This document shows, piece after piece, positions 10,472 through 21,783 of a DNA stretch of 64,000 nucleotides. How positions within the stretch are numbered: the first letter of the stretch is position 1; each line of letters begins with the position of its first letter. The notes beneath the pieces are model-generated. The model was not told where the DNA came from, did no database searches, and worked only from the letters and a program-made list of their open reading frames with translations. Position numbers and translations under genes: made by a program. This DNA is from Alphaproteobacteria bacterium (GTDB lineage Bacteria; Pseudomonadota; Alphaproteobacteria; Bin95), in contig CAXXWS020000002.1 of NCBI GenBank assembly GCA_963665325.3, positions 256,001 to 320,000 on the forward strand, written 5' to 3'.

Positions 10472-11347
10472 ATGACCGAGGCGGCGCTCGTTCCGCTGCT
10501 TGTCCGCATTGCCGATGCGCTGGAACGGCTGGCTCCCGAGCCGGGGGCGGCGCCGGACCTCGCTTCGGCCGACGCCTTCGTCTGGCATGCCGAGGGCGGG
10601 CGGCTCGCGGCGGTGGCGGAGGTGAGCCACGTGGCGCTGCCGCTGCTGCGCGGCATCGACCATGTGACGAACATCCTGCTGGAGAACACGCGGCGTTTCG
10701 CAGACGGTCTGCCCGCCAACAACGCCCTGCTCTGGGGCGCGCGCGGCATGGGCAAGTCCTCGCTGGTCAAGGCCATCCACGCCCATATCGCGGCCGAGCG
10801 GCCGGGGGCGCTGGCGCTGGTGGAAATCCACCGCGAGGACATCGGCTCGCTGCCGGGCCTGCTGGCGCTGCTCCGCGATGCCGGGCGGCGCTTCGTGCTG
10901 TTCTGCGACGACCTCTCCTTCGACGGCAGCGACACCACCTACAAGTCGCTGAAGGCCGTGCTCGAAGGCGGGCTGGAGGGCCGGCCGGAGAATGTCGTGT
11001 TCTACGCGACCTCCAACCGCCGTCACCTGATGCCGCGCGACATGATCGAGAACGAGCGCTCGACGGCGATCAGCCCCGCGGAGGCGGTCGAGGAGAAGGT
11101 GTCGCTGTCGGACCGCTTCGGCCTCTGGCTCGGCTTCCACAATTGCGACCAGGCAACCTATTTTGAGATGGTCGAGGGCTATGCCGCGCATTTCGACCTG
11201 GAGGTGGAGAGCGGGGCGCTGCGCCGGCAGGCGAACGAATGGGCCATAACGCGGGGCGGGCGCTCCGGCCGCGTCGCCTGGCAGTTCGTGCAGGACCTGG
11301 CGGGCGGGCTCGGCCGGAAGCTGAACGGGAAGGGCGGCGCCCAATGA
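10472..11347 (+). CDS. AAA+ ATPase, DUF815 family
   Basis: NNALLWGARGMGKSS Walker A, FCDDLSF, YATSNRRHL, EEKVSLSDRFGLWLGF, RSGRVAWQ. Confidence 0.93.
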   Translation: MTEAALVPLLVRIADALERLAPEPGAAPDLASADAFVWHAEGGRLAAVAEVSHVALPLLRGIDHVTNILLENTRRFADGLPANNALLWGARGMGKSSLVKAIHAHIAAERPGALALVEIHREDIGSLPGLLALLRDAGRRFVLFCDDLSFDGSDTTYKSLKAVLEGGLEGRPENVVFYATSNRRHLMPRDMIENERSTAISPAEAVEEKVSLSDRFGLWLGFHNCDQATYFEMVEGYAAHFDLEVESGALRRQANEWAITRGGRSGRVAWQFVQDLAGGLGRKLNGKGGAQ

Positions 11348-11970
11348 TCCTGCTGATCGATAACTATGACAGCTTCGTCTACAACCTGATGCACTTCCTG
11401 GGCGAACTCGGGGCGGAAATCGAGGTCCGGCGCAACGATGCGCTGAGTGCCGACGAGGCGCTGGCGATGCAGCCGGAAGCGATCGTGATCTCGCCCGGCC
11501 CCTGCGACCCCGACAAGGCCGGCATCTGCCTGGAACTGGTGGAGAAGGCCGCCGGACGGGTACCGCTCTTCGGCGTCTGCCTCGGCCACCAGTGCATCGG
11601 CCAGAGCTTCGGCGGCGATGTCCGGCGCGCGCCGGTCTGCATGCATGGCAAGCTCTCGCGCATCCACCATGACGGCACGGGCGTGTTCGCCGGCCTGCCG
11701 TCCCCCTTCGAGGCGACGCGCTACCACTCGCTGACCGTGGAGCGGGACAATCTGCCGGAGGACATGGCGGTAAATGCTTGGACCGAGGACGGTATCGTCA
11801 TGGGCCTGCGTCACCGCACGCAGGAGGTCCACGGCGTGCAGTTCCACCCCGAGAGCATCGCTTCCGAGCACGGCCACCGGTTGCTCGCCAACTTCCTGAC
11901 TTCGGTATCGGGGCAGGCGCCGGAAGGGGCGCCGAAGCCGCTGCCGGAGCGGCGGGTGTTCGCGGCATGA
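11344..11970 (+). CDS. trpG: Anthranilate/aminodeoxychorismate synthase component II
   Basis: MILLIDNYDSF, ISPGP, GVCLGHQ, RYHSL, GVQFHPES; precedes trpD-trpC. Confidence 0.95.
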   Translation: MILLIDNYDSFVYNLMHFLGELGAEIEVRRNDALSADEALAMQPEAIVISPGPCDPDKAGICLELVEKAAGRVPLFGVCLGHQCIGQSFGGDVRRAPVCMHGKLSRIHHDGTGVFAGLPSPFEATRYHSLTVERDNLPEDMAVNAWTEDGIVMGLRHRTQEVHGVQFHPESIASEHGHRLLANFLTSVSGQAPEGAPKPLPERRVFAA

Positions 11971-12986
11971 GCGGCGACTTGAGGGCCATTCTGGCGCGCG
12001 TGGCCGACGGCGCGATGCTCGGCGAGGCGGAGGCGGAGGCCGCCTTCGAGATATTGATGTCCGGCGACGCCACGCCCTCCCAGGCGGGCGCCTTCCTGAT
12101 GGCGCTGCGCGTGCGCGGCGAGACCATCGACGAGATCACGGGCGCGGCGCGGATCATGCGCGAGAAGGTGCTCGGCATCGAGGCGCCGGCGGACGCCATC
12201 GACACCGCCGGCACGGGCGGCGACGACAAGGGAACGCTCAACATTTCCACCGCCGCCGCGCTCCTGCTGGCCGGCGCGGGCGTTCCCGTGGTCAAGCACG
12301 GCAACCGGGCGCTCTCTTCGCGGGCGGGCTCCTCCGATGTGCTGGCGGCGCTCGGCGTCGATATCGACTGCGACATGGCGCTCGTCTCGAAGGCGCTCGA
12401 AGAGGCGGGCATCTGCTTCCTCATGGCGCCCCGCCATCACGGCGCCATGCGCCATGTCGCCGGCACGCGGGTCGAGCTCGGCACGCGCACGATCTTCAAC
12501 CTGCTGGGGCCGCTCTCCAACCCCGCGGGCGCGCGCCGCCAGCTTGTCGGCGTGTTCGCGGAGCGCTGGATCGAGCCGCTCGCCCATGTGCTCGGCAATC
12601 TCGGCGGCGAGCGCGCCTGGGTCGTCCACGGCTCGGACGGCATGGACGAGCTTACGACCACGGGCATCAGCCATGTGGCGGAGTTGAAGGGGGGCGCCGT
12701 CAGGCGGTTCGAGGTCGATCCGCGCGAGATCGGCCTGCCGCTTGCTGCGCCGGAGGACCTGCTGGGCGGCGATCCGGAATACAATGCCGGCGCGATGCGG
12801 ACCCTGCTGGACGGGGGGGCCGGCCCGTATCGCGACATCGTGGTGCTGAACACCGCTGCCGCCCTCGTGGTGGCGGAACGTGCCGGGACGCTGGCCGAAG
12901 GCAGGGCGCTGGCCGAAGACGTCATAGACAGCGGCGCAGCGCAGGACCGCCTCGCGGCGCTGGTGCGCGTCACCAATGGCGGCTGA
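11967..12986 (+). CDS. trpD: Anthranilate phosphoribosyltransferase
   Basis: [39 protein letters not shown]; ATGA overlap with trpG. Confidence 0.97.
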   Translation: MSGDLRAILARVADGAMLGEAEAEAAFEILMSGDATPSQAGAFLMALRVRGETIDEITGAARIMREKVLGIEAPADAIDTAGTGGDDKGTLNISTAAALLLAGAGVPVVKHGNRALSSRAGSSDVLAALGVDIDCDMALVSKALEEAGICFLMAPRHHGAMRHVAGTRVELGTRTIFNLLGPLSNPAGARRQLVGVFAERWIEPLAHVLGNLGGERAWVVHGSDGMDELTTTGISHVAELKGGAVRRFEVDPREIGLPLAAPEDLLGGDPEYNAGAMRTLLDGGAGPYRDIVVLNTAAALVVAERAGTLAEGRALAEDVIDSGAAQDRLAALVRVTNGG

Positions 12987-13005
12987 GGCGCCCGGAAGAG
13001 GAGGC

Positions 13006-13803
13006 ATGTCGGACACTCTCGCCAGGATCGTCGCCGAGAAGCGCGGGCATGTGGCGCGGATGAAGCGCGAGCGGCCGCGCTCATGGTTCGACGCGGCGGA
13101 CGGCGGCGGGCCGCGCGGCTTCGCGGCGGCGCTGGCCCGCGCGGACGGCTACGGCCTGATAGCGGAGATCAAGAAGGCCTCGCCCAGCAAGGGCTTGATT
13201 CGCGCCGATTTCGACCCCGCGACGCTCGCGCGGGCCTATCTCGACGGCGGCGCCACCTGCCTGTCGGTGCTGACCGACACGCCATATTTCCAGGGCGAGG
13301 ACCGCTACCTGGCCGAAGCGCGGGACACCGCGCCGCTGCCGGCGCTGCGCAAGGATTTCATGGTCGATCCCTGGCAGGTCGCGGAAGCCCGCGCGCTCGG
13401 GGCGGACTGCATCCTCATCATCCTTGCCGCCGTGGACGACGCGCTCGCTGGAGAACTGGAAGCAGCGGCGTTCGAACTCGGCATGGACGCGCTGGTCGAG
13501 GTGCATGACGAGGCGGAACTGGAACGCGCGCTCCGCCTTTCCTCGCCGCTCATCGGCATCAACAACCGCAACCTCAAGACGCTGGAAGTCGATCTGGCCA
13601 CCGCCGAGCGCCTGGCGCCGATGGTTCCGGGGGACCGCATCGTTATCGGCGAAAGCGGGCTTGCGGCCACCGCCGACCTGGAGCGGCTGGCGAAGGTCGG
13701 CGTCACTCGTTTCCTGGTTGGCGAGTCGCTGATGCGCGAGGCGGATGTGGCGGCCGCGACGCGCGCCCTGCTCGGACTCGACATGCTGCGGCAGGCGGTA
13801 TGA
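13006..13803 (+). CDS. trpC: Indole-3-glycerol phosphate synthase
   Basis: [46 protein letters not shown]. Confidence 0.97.
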   Translation: MSDTLARIVAEKRGHVARMKRERPRSWFDAADGGGPRGFAAALARADGYGLIAEIKKASPSKGLIRADFDPATLARAYLDGGATCLSVLTDTPYFQGEDRYLAEARDTAPLPALRKDFMVDPWQVAEARALGADCILIILAAVDDALAGELEAAAFELGMDALVEVHDEAELERALRLSSPLIGINNRNLKTLEVDLATAERLAPMVPGDRIVIGESGLAATADLERLAKVGVTRFLVGESLMREADVAAATRALLGLDMLRQAV

Positions 13804-14282
13804 GCGCGCGCCTCACTCATTTCGACGAGGAAGGCCGTGCGGCCATGGTGGATGTATCCGCCAAGGCTGAGACCGAGCGCGTCGCCGTTGCCGGGGGCCG
13901 GGTCGCCATGGCCCCGGAAACGCTGGCGCTGATCCGGGCGGGCGAAATCGGCAAGGGCGACGTGCTGGGCGTTGCGCGCCTCGCCGGCATCATGGCCGCC
14001 AAGCGCACGGCGGACCTGATCCCGCTCTGCCACCCGCTGGGGCTGACCTCCGTCGCTGTCGACCTGGTTGCCAACGAGGCCGCTTCGGCCGTGGAGATCA
14101 CCGCGACCTGCCGGCTGAAGGGCCGGACCGGCGTCGAGATGGAAGCGCTGACCGCCGTCTCGGTGGCGGCGCTCACCGTCTATGACATGTGCAAGGCGGT
14201 GGACCGCGGCATGACGGTCAAGGCCGTGCGCCTGCTGCGCAAGGAAGGCGGGAAGTCCGGCACCTGGATCGCGCCGGCGTGA
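13800..14282 (+). CDS. moaC: Cyclic pyranopterin monophosphate synthase
   Basis: [43 protein letters not shown]. Confidence 0.97.
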   Translation: MSARLTHFDEEGRAAMVDVSAKAETERVAVAGGRVAMAPETLALIRAGEIGKGDVLGVARLAGIMAAKRTADLIPLCHPLGLTSVAVDLVANEAASAVEITATCRLKGRTGVEMEALTAVSVAALTVYDMCKAVDRGMTVKAVRLLRKEGGKSGTWIAPA

Positions 14283-15472
14283 TTCCGGTCGCCGAAGCGA
14301 TAGCCCGCGTCCTCGCGGAGGCGCAGCCCCTGCCCGCGGAAATGGTTTCGCTCGGCGACGGGCTCGGCCGGGTGCTGGCGGAAGACCTGGCGTCCCGGCG
14401 CACCCAGCCGCCGGCGGCGGTTTCCGCCATGGACGGCTATGCGGTCCGCGCGGAAGACGTGGCCCGGACCCCGGCGGAATTGCGCATCGTGGCGGAGATC
14501 GCCGCCGGGGCGGCCTGGACGGGCGAGGTCGGGCAGGGTGAGGCGGCGCGAATCTTCACCGGCGCGCCCGTGCCCGACGGAGCCGACGCCATCGTCATTC
14601 AGGAGGATTGCGAGCGGTCTGGAGACCTTGTGTCGGTGCGCGAAGCGGCGAAGGCTGGCGGCTTTGTCCGCCCGGCGGGGCTCGACTTCGCGGAGGGCGA
14701 CGTGCTGTTGCGAGCCGGGCGGCGGCTCAACTCGCGCGATATCGGCCTCGCCGCGGCGATGAACCGGCCGTGGCTGCCGGTAGCGCGCCGCCCGCGCGTG
14801 GCCCTGCTGGCGACGGGGGACGAGATCGCCTTGCCGGGAGAGCCGCTCGGACCCCAGCAGATCGTCAGCTCCAGCGGGCCGGGTCTGGGGGCGCTCGTCG
14901 CGGAAGCAGGCGGGGTGCCGATCTCGCTCGGCGTGGCGGAGGACAGTGTGGATTCGCTCCGCGCGCGCGCTGCGGGGGCCGAAGGGGCGGACATCCTCGT
15001 GACCATGGGCGGGGCGTCAGTCGGCGAGCACGATCTTGTGCAGGAGGCGCTGGCCGCAGACGGCCTCGAAGTCGATTTCTGGCGCATCGCCATGCGGCCG
15101 GGAAAGCCGCTCATGTTCGGTCGCATGGGCGGGTCACTGGTATTGGGGCTGCCCGGCAACCCGGTCTCGGCCTTTGTCTGTGCGCTGCTGTTCCTGCGGC
15201 CCCTGATCGACGCAATGCTGGGCCTGCCGGCCGGGCCGCCCGCGCGCGAGCCGGCCCGGCTCGGGACGGACTTGGCCGCGAATGACAGGCGCGAGGACTA
15301 TCTGCGCGCCCGGCTCGCCCCGGATGGCGAGGGCCTGCCCGTGGCGACGCCCTTCGCGCGCCAGGACAGTTCCATGCTGGCGCGATTCGTGGAGGCCGAC
15401 GCGCTTCTGGTCCGCGCGCCCCACGCCCCGCCGGCCAGCGCCGGCGACCTCGTCGACATCATCCGCCTGTGA
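14279..15472 (+). CDS. moeA: Molybdopterin molybdotransferase
   Basis: GTG start overlapping the moaC stop; [39 protein letters not shown]. Confidence 0.96.
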   Translation: MIPVAEAIARVLAEAQPLPAEMVSLGDGLGRVLAEDLASRRTQPPAAVSAMDGYAVRAEDVARTPAELRIVAEIAAGAAWTGEVGQGEAARIFTGAPVPDGADAIVIQEDCERSGDLVSVREAAKAGGFVRPAGLDFAEGDVLLRAGRRLNSRDIGLAAAMNRPWLPVARRPRVALLATGDEIALPGEPLGPQQIVSSSGPGLGALVAEAGGVPISLGVAEDSVDSLRARAAGAEGADILVTMGGASVGEHDLVQEALAADGLEVDFWRIAMRPGKPLMFGRMGGSLVLGLPGNPVSAFVCALLFLRPLIDAMLGLPAGPPAREPARLGTDLAANDRREDYLRARLAPDGEGLPVATPFARQDSSMLARFVEADALLVRAPHAPPASAGDLVDIIRL

Positions 15473-15488
15473 GGCGTTTGAGGCAGCG

Positions 15489-15989
15489 CTAACGGCCGCT
15501 GCGCAGTTCTGGGGGCGGGTATTCCCGGAGCGCGAAGTCGAGGCTGTCACGGCCGCAGTTCATCCGCTTCATGTTGAAGCGCAGGTGGCCCGCCTTGCGT
15601 CTGCGCCAGAACCCGCCGAAGGCGACCACGATCCAGGGGAAGGATGGCGCCGGCGGCGCGAAATGGATGAGAAGCTCGTTGCGGCTGAGCAGCGACTGCT
15701 GGCGGATTGTGCGGATGCCGGACCAGTCCCGGTGGGGAATGTCGAAAATCGGGAAGGCGATCCCGCTCCGGTCGAAGACGACCGCGGGCAGATGGGCGCG
15801 GCGGACGATCCAGGCCGCATAGCAGGCAATGCCGCCCAGCAGCGCCGCCAGCAGCGCCGCCATAGCAAGCGGCGGACCCTGCTTGCCGGCCATCAGGCCG
15901 TTGACCAGCAGCGCCAGCAGGCCGATCGACACGAGCCCGGCGGCGACCGCCAGCATGACATAGGTGGGCCGGTAGTAGTAGATCGTCAT
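15489..15989 (-). CDS. Hypothetical membrane protein (two TM helices plus small PH-like soluble domain)
   Basis: ATG at 15989; two hydrophobic stretches then PAVVFDRSGI..DWSGIRTIR; fills the moeA-lexA gap. Confidence 0.6.
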   Translation of the reverse strand: MTIYYYRPTYVMLAVAAGLVSIGLLALLVNGLMAGKQGPPLAMAALLAALLGGIACYAAWIVRRAHLPAVVFDRSGIAFPIFDIPHRDWSGIRTIRQQSLLSRNELLIHFAPPAPSFPWIVVAFGGFWRRRKAGHLRFNMKRMNCGRDSLDFALREYPPPELRSGR

Positions 15990-16144
15990 GGGCTGGCCTA
16001 TAGCCGGGCGGGTGTTCCGGAGCAAGCAGGGGTTGCCCTCGCGGGCGTGAGCTGTCGCTCGGGTCCGAAGGTATCAGAACCTATGCCCCTGGTTTATTGC
16101 GTCCCCTTTCCCATTACTCACTCCGTTGGCGCATACTCTTTCGC

Positions 16145-16205
16145 TTGACGCCTGCTTCGAACTAATGTAGAACAACGATACCGGTGTCCGGTTCGTATAA
16201 GGAAC
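16145..16205 (+). promoter_or_regulatory. lexA promoter with alphaproteobacterial SOS box
   Basis: TTGACG(16145)-N17-TAGAAC promoter overlapped by GAAC-TAATGTA-GAAC (16159-16173), matching the GAAC-N7-GAAC alpha LexA box; second element GTTC-N7-GAAC at 16191-16205. Confidence 0.85.
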
Positions 16206-16226
16206 ATTGCTGGAGGGAACGGCAGC

Positions 16227-16904
16227 ATGTTGACCAGGAAGCAGAACGAATTGCTGCTGTACATCTCGCAGCAGATTTCCAAGGACGGTGTGTCGCCTTC
16301 CTTCGACGAGATGAAGGACGCGCTTGGCCTCAAGTCGAAATCGGGCGTCCACCGGCTGGTGACAGCGCTGGAGGAACGGGGATTCATCCGCCGGTTCGCG
16401 AACCGCGCCCGCGCGCTCGAGATCGCGCGCTTGCCGGAAGCCGAGGCGTATGAGGGCCGGGGCCGCACGGGGCGGCCGGCTTTTCGCGGCTTCCGCCGGC
16501 GTCTCGATCCGGCCGACACGGTGCAGAACGAACTGCCTCTCTACGGGCGCATCGCCGCCGGCACGCCGATCGAGGCGCTGCGCGACCCGGACAGCACGGT
16601 GGCCGTGCCGCAGGGCATGATCGGCAGCGGGCGCCACTATGCGCTCGAGATCGCAGGCGACTCGATGGTCGATGCCGGGATCATGGATGGCGACACGGTC
16701 ATCATCCAGGAGTGCGAGGAAGTGGAAAGCGGCGCCATCGTGGTGGCGCTGGTCGATTCCGAGGAGGCCACGCTGAAAATCTGGCGCCCGGCGAACGGTC
16801 GCGTGGTGCTGGAAGCCGCCAACGACGCCCATCCGGCACAGGATTACGATCCGGAACAGGTCCAGGTCCAGGGCCGGCTTGTCGGGCTGCTTCGGGACTA
16901 CTAG
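16227..16904 (+). CDS. lexA: SOS repressor LexA
   Basis: MLTRKQ..SPSFDEMKDALGLKSKSGVHRL winged HTH; Ala-Gly cleavage site (IAAG), catalytic Ser (GDSM) and Lys (ATLK). Confidence 0.98.
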   Translation: MLTRKQNELLLYISQQISKDGVSPSFDEMKDALGLKSKSGVHRLVTALEERGFIRRFANRARALEIARLPEAEAYEGRGRTGRPAFRGFRRRLDPADTVQNELPLYGRIAAGTPIEALRDPDSTVAVPQGMIGSGRHYALEIAGDSMVDAGIMDGDTVIIQECEEVESGAIVVALVDSEEATLKIWRPANGRVVLEAANDAHPAQDYDPEQVQVQGRLVGLLRDY

Positions 16905-18916
16905 TCCGCGGGCCGGGGCCCGGCGAGCGCGACCCAGGGCCGCCGGCCGCGGCGGTCCCAGTCGGTCTCTACAACCGGGCCCTCGGACGTGAAGCGGATT
17001 GAATGCGAGCCCAGCCGGCGCAGGCGTTGCCGGTCCACGATCAACACGTTGTCCGCGCAGTAGCGCCGCCGGGCCCGGCGGGAGACCGTCACCGCCGACA
17101 GCACGATTCCGACGCGCCGGCAGTCCTCCTCCAGTGCTTCGTGACGCAGGATGATCGCGAGTCCGTCAGCCGCACAGCCGAGCGGGTCGCAGGAAAGGCC
17201 GGGGCTGCCGGGCGCAGTGGAGCCCGGTTCTTCGGCGCCTGCAGCTTCCATCCACACCCGGCCGAGGAAGCCGGCGCGTGTCTTCGAAAGGTATAGCCGG
17301 CCGTCCGCATGGCGGGCGAAAAGGCGGGCGTCGCTGTCGGCCATGAGGTCGGGCGGATGCGCGCCGGCATGGATTGCAAGCGCTGCGGCGAGGCCGGCAA
17401 CGCCGAGGAGCCGCCATCGGGTTTGCCATAAGCAGAGCCAGAGGCCGCCGGCCGCGGCCGCGATCGCGCCCGCCACCGGCATGGGCGGAAAGCGGCGCAC
17501 TGCGCCGGGCAAGGCGGAAACCGTTTCGGCTGTCCAAAGCACTGCATCGATGCCGGCCTCCATGACCGCAAGCGGCCAGGCTTCGAGGCCGAGGGGCATG
17601 GCAAGCGTGCCGAGGATTGCCGCCGGCATGATCCAGAAGGCCGCGGCCGGGACGGCAATAAGGTTCGCAGCAAGGCCGTAGGCGGCGATGCGGCCGAAGT
17701 GGTGCGCTGCAAACGGCGCCGTCGCGAGCGTTGCTACGATGGTGGTGAGCAGGGTTGCGGCCAGAAAGAACGGTGCGCGCCCCAGCCGGGAGCGGGCCTC
17801 GGAAAGAGAGGGGGCCAGCCATTCGTAAACGGCGACCAGCGCCGCGACGGCCGCAAAGGAGAGCTGGAAGCTCGCTGTGGTCAGCGCATACGGCTCCAGG
17901 ATCAACACGGCGAAGGCAGCCAGCGCCACCAGCCGCATGCCGATTTCCAGACGGTCCACCATGACTGCAAGCAAGGCGAGCGAGACCATGACGAAGGCCC
18001 GCTGGGTCGGCACGGTTGCGCCCGCGAGCAGCATGTAGAAGAAGGCGGCGGCGATGGCTGTCGCCGCCGCCCATTTCTTGACCGGGTAGCGGAGCGCCAC
18101 GCCCGGCCACAAGGCGAGTGCGGCCCTGACCGCAGCGAAGACGAGGCCCGCCACGAGGCCCAGATGCAGGCCGGAGATCGCGAGCAGATGGGCGAGGCCT
18201 GCATCGCGGATCGCCTGATGTGCCGCCCTGGGCAGGTCGCCGCGAAGGCCCGTCGTGAGTGCGATGGCGACGCCGGCCGCTGCTGGATCGGCGATGGCCT
18301 TGCCGATGCGTGTAGCGATCCCGTGGCGCAGCCGCTCGATGCCCCGGTCTTCGGCGGCTTCCAGAAGGCGCGGATGGCCGAGCCCGAAGCCCGCTGCGCC
18401 GATACCCTGGTAGAAGGCCCGCCTCGCCGGGTCGTAACCGCCGGGCATAGCGGGCTGGGGCACGGGCTCCAGCCGGGCGAGCACGGAGATGCGCGCGCCG
18501 GGGCCAGCGCCCGGCGGCAGCGACGCGAGGCGCAGGCGCAGGCGTTCAGGCGTCCGTTCCGGGGGGAGCCGCGAGACGGTTGCATCCTCCAGCACCACTC
18601 GAACCGGGCCTTCGATCCGGTCCTGGCGGAGAATCCTGCCGCTCACCTCGGTCGGGCCGATGGAACGCTCCAGCACCGGTGCGCGGGCGAGCTCGGTATG
18701 GAAGCCGGCCCAGAAAAGCCCGGCAATGGCCAGGGCGGCAGCGAGGCCTGCCGGGAAGAGCGCCGACCGGCGGAGATAGACGGCAAGCAGAGCCGCCAGG
18801 CCGGCTGCCGAGGCCGTGATATGGATCGGCGGCTCGAAATCGAGCGAGAAATAGACGCCGATGCCGAGCGCGAAGAAAACCGGCAGCCAGAGCGCCCACC
18901 GGTCCCGCTCGCGCAT
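16901..18916 (-). CDS. comEC: ComEC/Rec2 competence protein
   Basis: [33 protein letters not shown]; position between lexA and gltX; start uncertain (18916 or 18997). Confidence 0.92.
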   Translation of the reverse strand: MRERDRWALWLPVFFALGIGVYFSLDFEPPIHITASAAGLAALLAVYLRRSALFPAGLAAALAIAGLFWAGFHTELARAPVLERSIGPTEVSGRILRQDRIEGPVRVVLEDATVSRLPPERTPERLRLRLASLPPGAGPGARISVLARLEPVPQPAMPGGYDPARRAFYQGIGAAGFGLGHPRLLEAAEDRGIERLRHGIATRIGKAIADPAAAGVAIALTTGLRGDLPRAAHQAIRDAGLAHLLAISGLHLGLVAGLVFAAVRAALALWPGVALRYPVKKWAAATAIAAAFFYMLLAGATVPTQRAFVMVSLALLAVMVDRLEIGMRLVALAAFAVLILEPYALTTASFQLSFAAVAALVAVYEWLAPSLSEARSRLGRAPFFLAATLLTTIVATLATAPFAAHHFGRIAAYGLAANLIAVPAAAFWIMPAAILGTLAMPLGLEAWPLAVMEAGIDAVLWTAETVSALPGAVRRFPPMPVAGAIAAAAGGLWLCLWQTRWRLLGVAGLAAALAIHAGAHPPDLMADSDARLFARHADGRLYLSKTRAGFLGRVWMEAAGAEEPGSTAPGSPGLSCDPLGCAADGLAIILRHEALEEDCRRVGIVLSAVTVSRRARRRYCADNVLIVDRQRLRRLGSHSIRFTSEGPVVETDWDRRGRRPWVALAGPRPAD

Positions 18917-18995
18917 CGGCAGCGTGCCAGCGGCCTTGACCTCTTGGCGCAGCCTTTCGATAAACGCGCGCCGCTTCCCGGAAGTATTGCCGCCC

Positions 18996-20384
18996 ATGAC
19001 CGTCGTTACCCGGTTCGCTCCTTCGCCCACCGGCCTCCTGCATATCGGGGGCGCACGCACGGCGCTATTCAATTGGCTCTTCGCGCGCCGCCATGGCGGG
19101 CGGTTCCTGCTGCGCATCGAGGACACGGACCGCCGGCGCTCGACGGAGGAGGCGGTCGCCGCGATCCTTGACGGGCTCGCCTGGCTCGGCCTCGACCCCG
19201 ACGAGCCCCCGAGCTACCAGTTCGCCCATCGGGCGCGTCATGCGGAGGTCGCCGGGGCGATGCTGGCGGCCGGGACGGCCTATCGTTGCTACGCCACGCC
19301 GGATGAGTTGCAGGCGATGCGCGAGGCAGCCGCCGCGCGCGGCGAGCGCTTTCGCTACAACGGGCTCTGGCGGGACCGGGACCCTGCGGAGGCGCCCGAG
19401 GATGCCCCCTTCGCGATCCGCCTCAAGGCGCCGCAGGAGGGCGAGACGGCCATCCGCGACCTTGTGCAGGGCGAGGTGCGGGTCGCCAATGCCGAACTCG
19501 ACGACATGGTGCTGCTGCGCGCCGATGGCACGCCCACTTACATGCTTTCCGTAGTGGTGGACGACCATGACACGGGCGTGACCCATGTCATCCGCGGCGA
19601 TGACCATCTGAACAACGCCTTCCGCCAGGCCCAGGTGTTCGAGGCGATGGGCTGGCCGCTGCCCGCCTTCGCCCATATCCCGCTGATCCACGGACCCGAT
19701 GGCGCGAAGCTGTCCAAGCGCCACGGCGCGCTCGGCGTCGATGCCTACCGCGAGATGGGGCTGCTGCCGGAAGCGGTGCGCAACTACCTGCTGCGTCTCG
19801 GTTGGAGCCACGGCGACGCCGAATTCGTCTCGACGGAAGAGGCCGTCGCCTGGTTCGGACTGGACGCGGTGGGCCGGTCGCCGGCGCGTTTCGACCGGGA
19901 GAAGCTGGAAAGCGTCAACGCCCACTACTTGCGCTCTGCCGAGGAGGACCGACTGCTTGGTCTGGTGGAACCGTTCCTCGCCGCGCCGCCAGACGAGGCC
20001 GGCCGGACGCGCCTCCGGGCCGGCCTGGGCGCGCTCCTCCCGCGAGCGAAGACCTTGATCGAGCTGGCCGACGCCGGTGCGATCTACACGGCGGCGCGGC
20101 CGCTGGAGCCGGATGCAAAGGCCGCGCGCCTGCTGGCGGACGAGGCGGCCCGTTCGCTGCTTGCGCGTTATGCGGCGGCGTTGGAAGGAGCGGAGTGGAC
20201 GGAGGCCGCGCTGGACTCCACGACGCGGGCTTTCGCGGAAGCCGAAGGGTTGGGCCTCGGGCGGATCGCCCAGCCGGCGCGCGCCGCACTTACCGGACGG
20301 ACCGCGTCGCCGGGCCTTTTCGAGGTGCTGGCGGCACTGGGCCGTGACGAGGCGCTGGGCCGCCTCGGCGACGCCGCACTGTGA
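18996..20384 (+). CDS. gltX: Glutamate--tRNA ligase
   Basis: [13 protein letters not shown] (HIGH), LRIEDTD, IRGDDH, KLSKR (KMSKS-like). Confidence 0.98.
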   Translation: MTVVTRFAPSPTGLLHIGGARTALFNWLFARRHGGRFLLRIEDTDRRRSTEEAVAAILDGLAWLGLDPDEPPSYQFAHRARHAEVAGAMLAAGTAYRCYATPDELQAMREAAAARGERFRYNGLWRDRDPAEAPEDAPFAIRLKAPQEGETAIRDLVQGEVRVANAELDDMVLLRADGTPTYMLSVVVDDHDTGVTHVIRGDDHLNNAFRQAQVFEAMGWPLPAFAHIPLIHGPDGAKLSKRHGALGVDAYREMGLLPEAVRNYLLRLGWSHGDAEFVSTEEAVAWFGLDAVGRSPARFDREKLESVNAHYLRSAEEDRLLGLVEPFLAAPPDEAGRTRLRAGLGALLPRAKTLIELADAGAIYTAARPLEPDAKAARLLADEAARSLLARYAAALEGAEWTEAALDSTTRAFAEAEGLGLGRIAQPARAALTGRTASPGLFEVLAALGRDEALGRLGDAAL

Positions 20385-20413
20385 TTGCCAAGGCGGCCGT
20401 GCCGCCATATGGT
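20385..20413 (+). promoter_or_regulatory. Putative sigma70 promoter of gltA
   Basis: TTGCCA-N17-TATGGT immediately after the gltX stop. Confidence 0.5.
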
Positions 20414-20445
20414 GGCGCCCTAAGTCAGGGAGGATGAAGGGCGCG

Positions 20446-21741
20446 ATGACCAGCCGCACCGTTTCCATTGTAGATCGGGCGAACAACAAGACCGTTGAAC
20501 TGCCGATCATGAGCGGGACTTTGGGAACGGACGTCATCGACATCCGCTCCCTCTACAAGGAACTCGGCTATTTCACCTTCGACCCGGGCTACACCGCTAC
20601 CGGGAGCTGCCAGTCCAAGGTCACCTACATCGACGGCGACGAGGGCGTCCTGCTCTATCGCGGCTATCCCATCGAGCAGCTGGCCGAGCACTCCGACTAT
20701 ATGGAGACCTGCTACCTCATCCTGTTCGGGGAGCTGCCGAACGCGGAACAGAAGACGAAATTCGTTTACGACATCACGCATCACACGATGCTGCACGACC
20801 AGATCAACAATATCTATCGGGGCTTCCGGCGGGACGCTCACCCGATGGCAGTCATGTGCGGCGTGGTCGGCGCGCTGTCGGCCTTTTATCACGACAGCAT
20901 CGACATCGAGGATCCCTGGCACCGGACCGTCGCCTCCTACCGGATGATTGCCAAGATGCCGACCATCGCGGGCTGGGCGTACAAATATTCCATGGGCCAG
21001 CCCTTCACGTATCCACGCAACGACCTCGACTACGCCTCCAACTTTCTCCGGCTCTGCTTCGCGGTGCCGACGGAAGACTTCGAGGTCAACCCGGTGCTCG
21101 CCAAGGCGATGGACCTGATCTTCATCCTCCACGCCGACCACGAACAGAACGCGTCTGCCTCGACGGTGCGTCTGGCGGGCTCCACCGGCGCCAATCCGTT
21201 CGCTTGCATCGCCGCCGGCTGCGCGGCGCTCTGGGGGCCGAGCCATGGCGGGGCGAATGAAGAAGTGCTCAAGATGCTTGGCGAGATCGGCTCGGCCGAC
21301 AAGGTGGGCGACTGGGTGCTGAAGGCCAAGGATCCCGACGATCCCTTCCGTCTCTTCGGTTTCGGCCACCGGGTCTACAAGAACCATGACCCCCGGGCGC
21401 GGGTGATCCAGAAAGCCTGCTACGACGTGCTGAACGAGCTCGGCCTGCACGACCCGTTGCTGGAGGTCGCGCTTGAGCTGGAGAAGGTGGCGCTGGAGGA
21501 CGACTTTTTCGTCGAACGCCGCCTCTATCCGAATGTGGACTTCTATTCGGGTATCATCCTGAAGGCGATGGGCTTCCCGGTCTCCATGTTCACGGCGCTG
21601 TTCGCGGTGGGTCGTACGGTCGGCTGGATCGCCCAGTGGAACGAGTTGATCGAGGACCCCTCGCAGAAGATTAACCGACCCCGCCAGCTCTATACCGGCC
21701 CGCCCCAGAGAGACTACGTCCCCCTCGCCGACCGGGGCTAA
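20446..21741 (+). CDS. gltA: Type II citrate synthase
   Basis: [58 protein letters not shown]; start 20434 or 20446. Confidence 0.98.
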   Translation: MTSRTVSIVDRANNKTVELPIMSGTLGTDVIDIRSLYKELGYFTFDPGYTATGSCQSKVTYIDGDEGVLLYRGYPIEQLAEHSDYMETCYLILFGELPNAEQKTKFVYDITHHTMLHDQINNIYRGFRRDAHPMAVMCGVVGALSAFYHDSIDIEDPWHRTVASYRMIAKMPTIAGWAYKYSMGQPFTYPRNDLDYASNFLRLCFAVPTEDFEVNPVLAKAMDLIFILHADHEQNASASTVRLAGSTGANPFACIAAGCAALWGPSHGGANEEVLKMLGEIGSADKVGDWVLKAKDPDDPFRLFGFGHRVYKNHDPRARVIQKACYDVLNELGLHDPLLEVALELEKVALEDDFFVERRLYPNVDFYSGIILKAMGFPVSMFTALFAVGRTVGWIAQWNELIEDPSQKINRPRQLYTGPPQRDYVPLADRG

Positions 21742-21783
21742 AGCGCCGACGGTAGTCGCCTCTTGTCGGGGGAAACACCGCTT

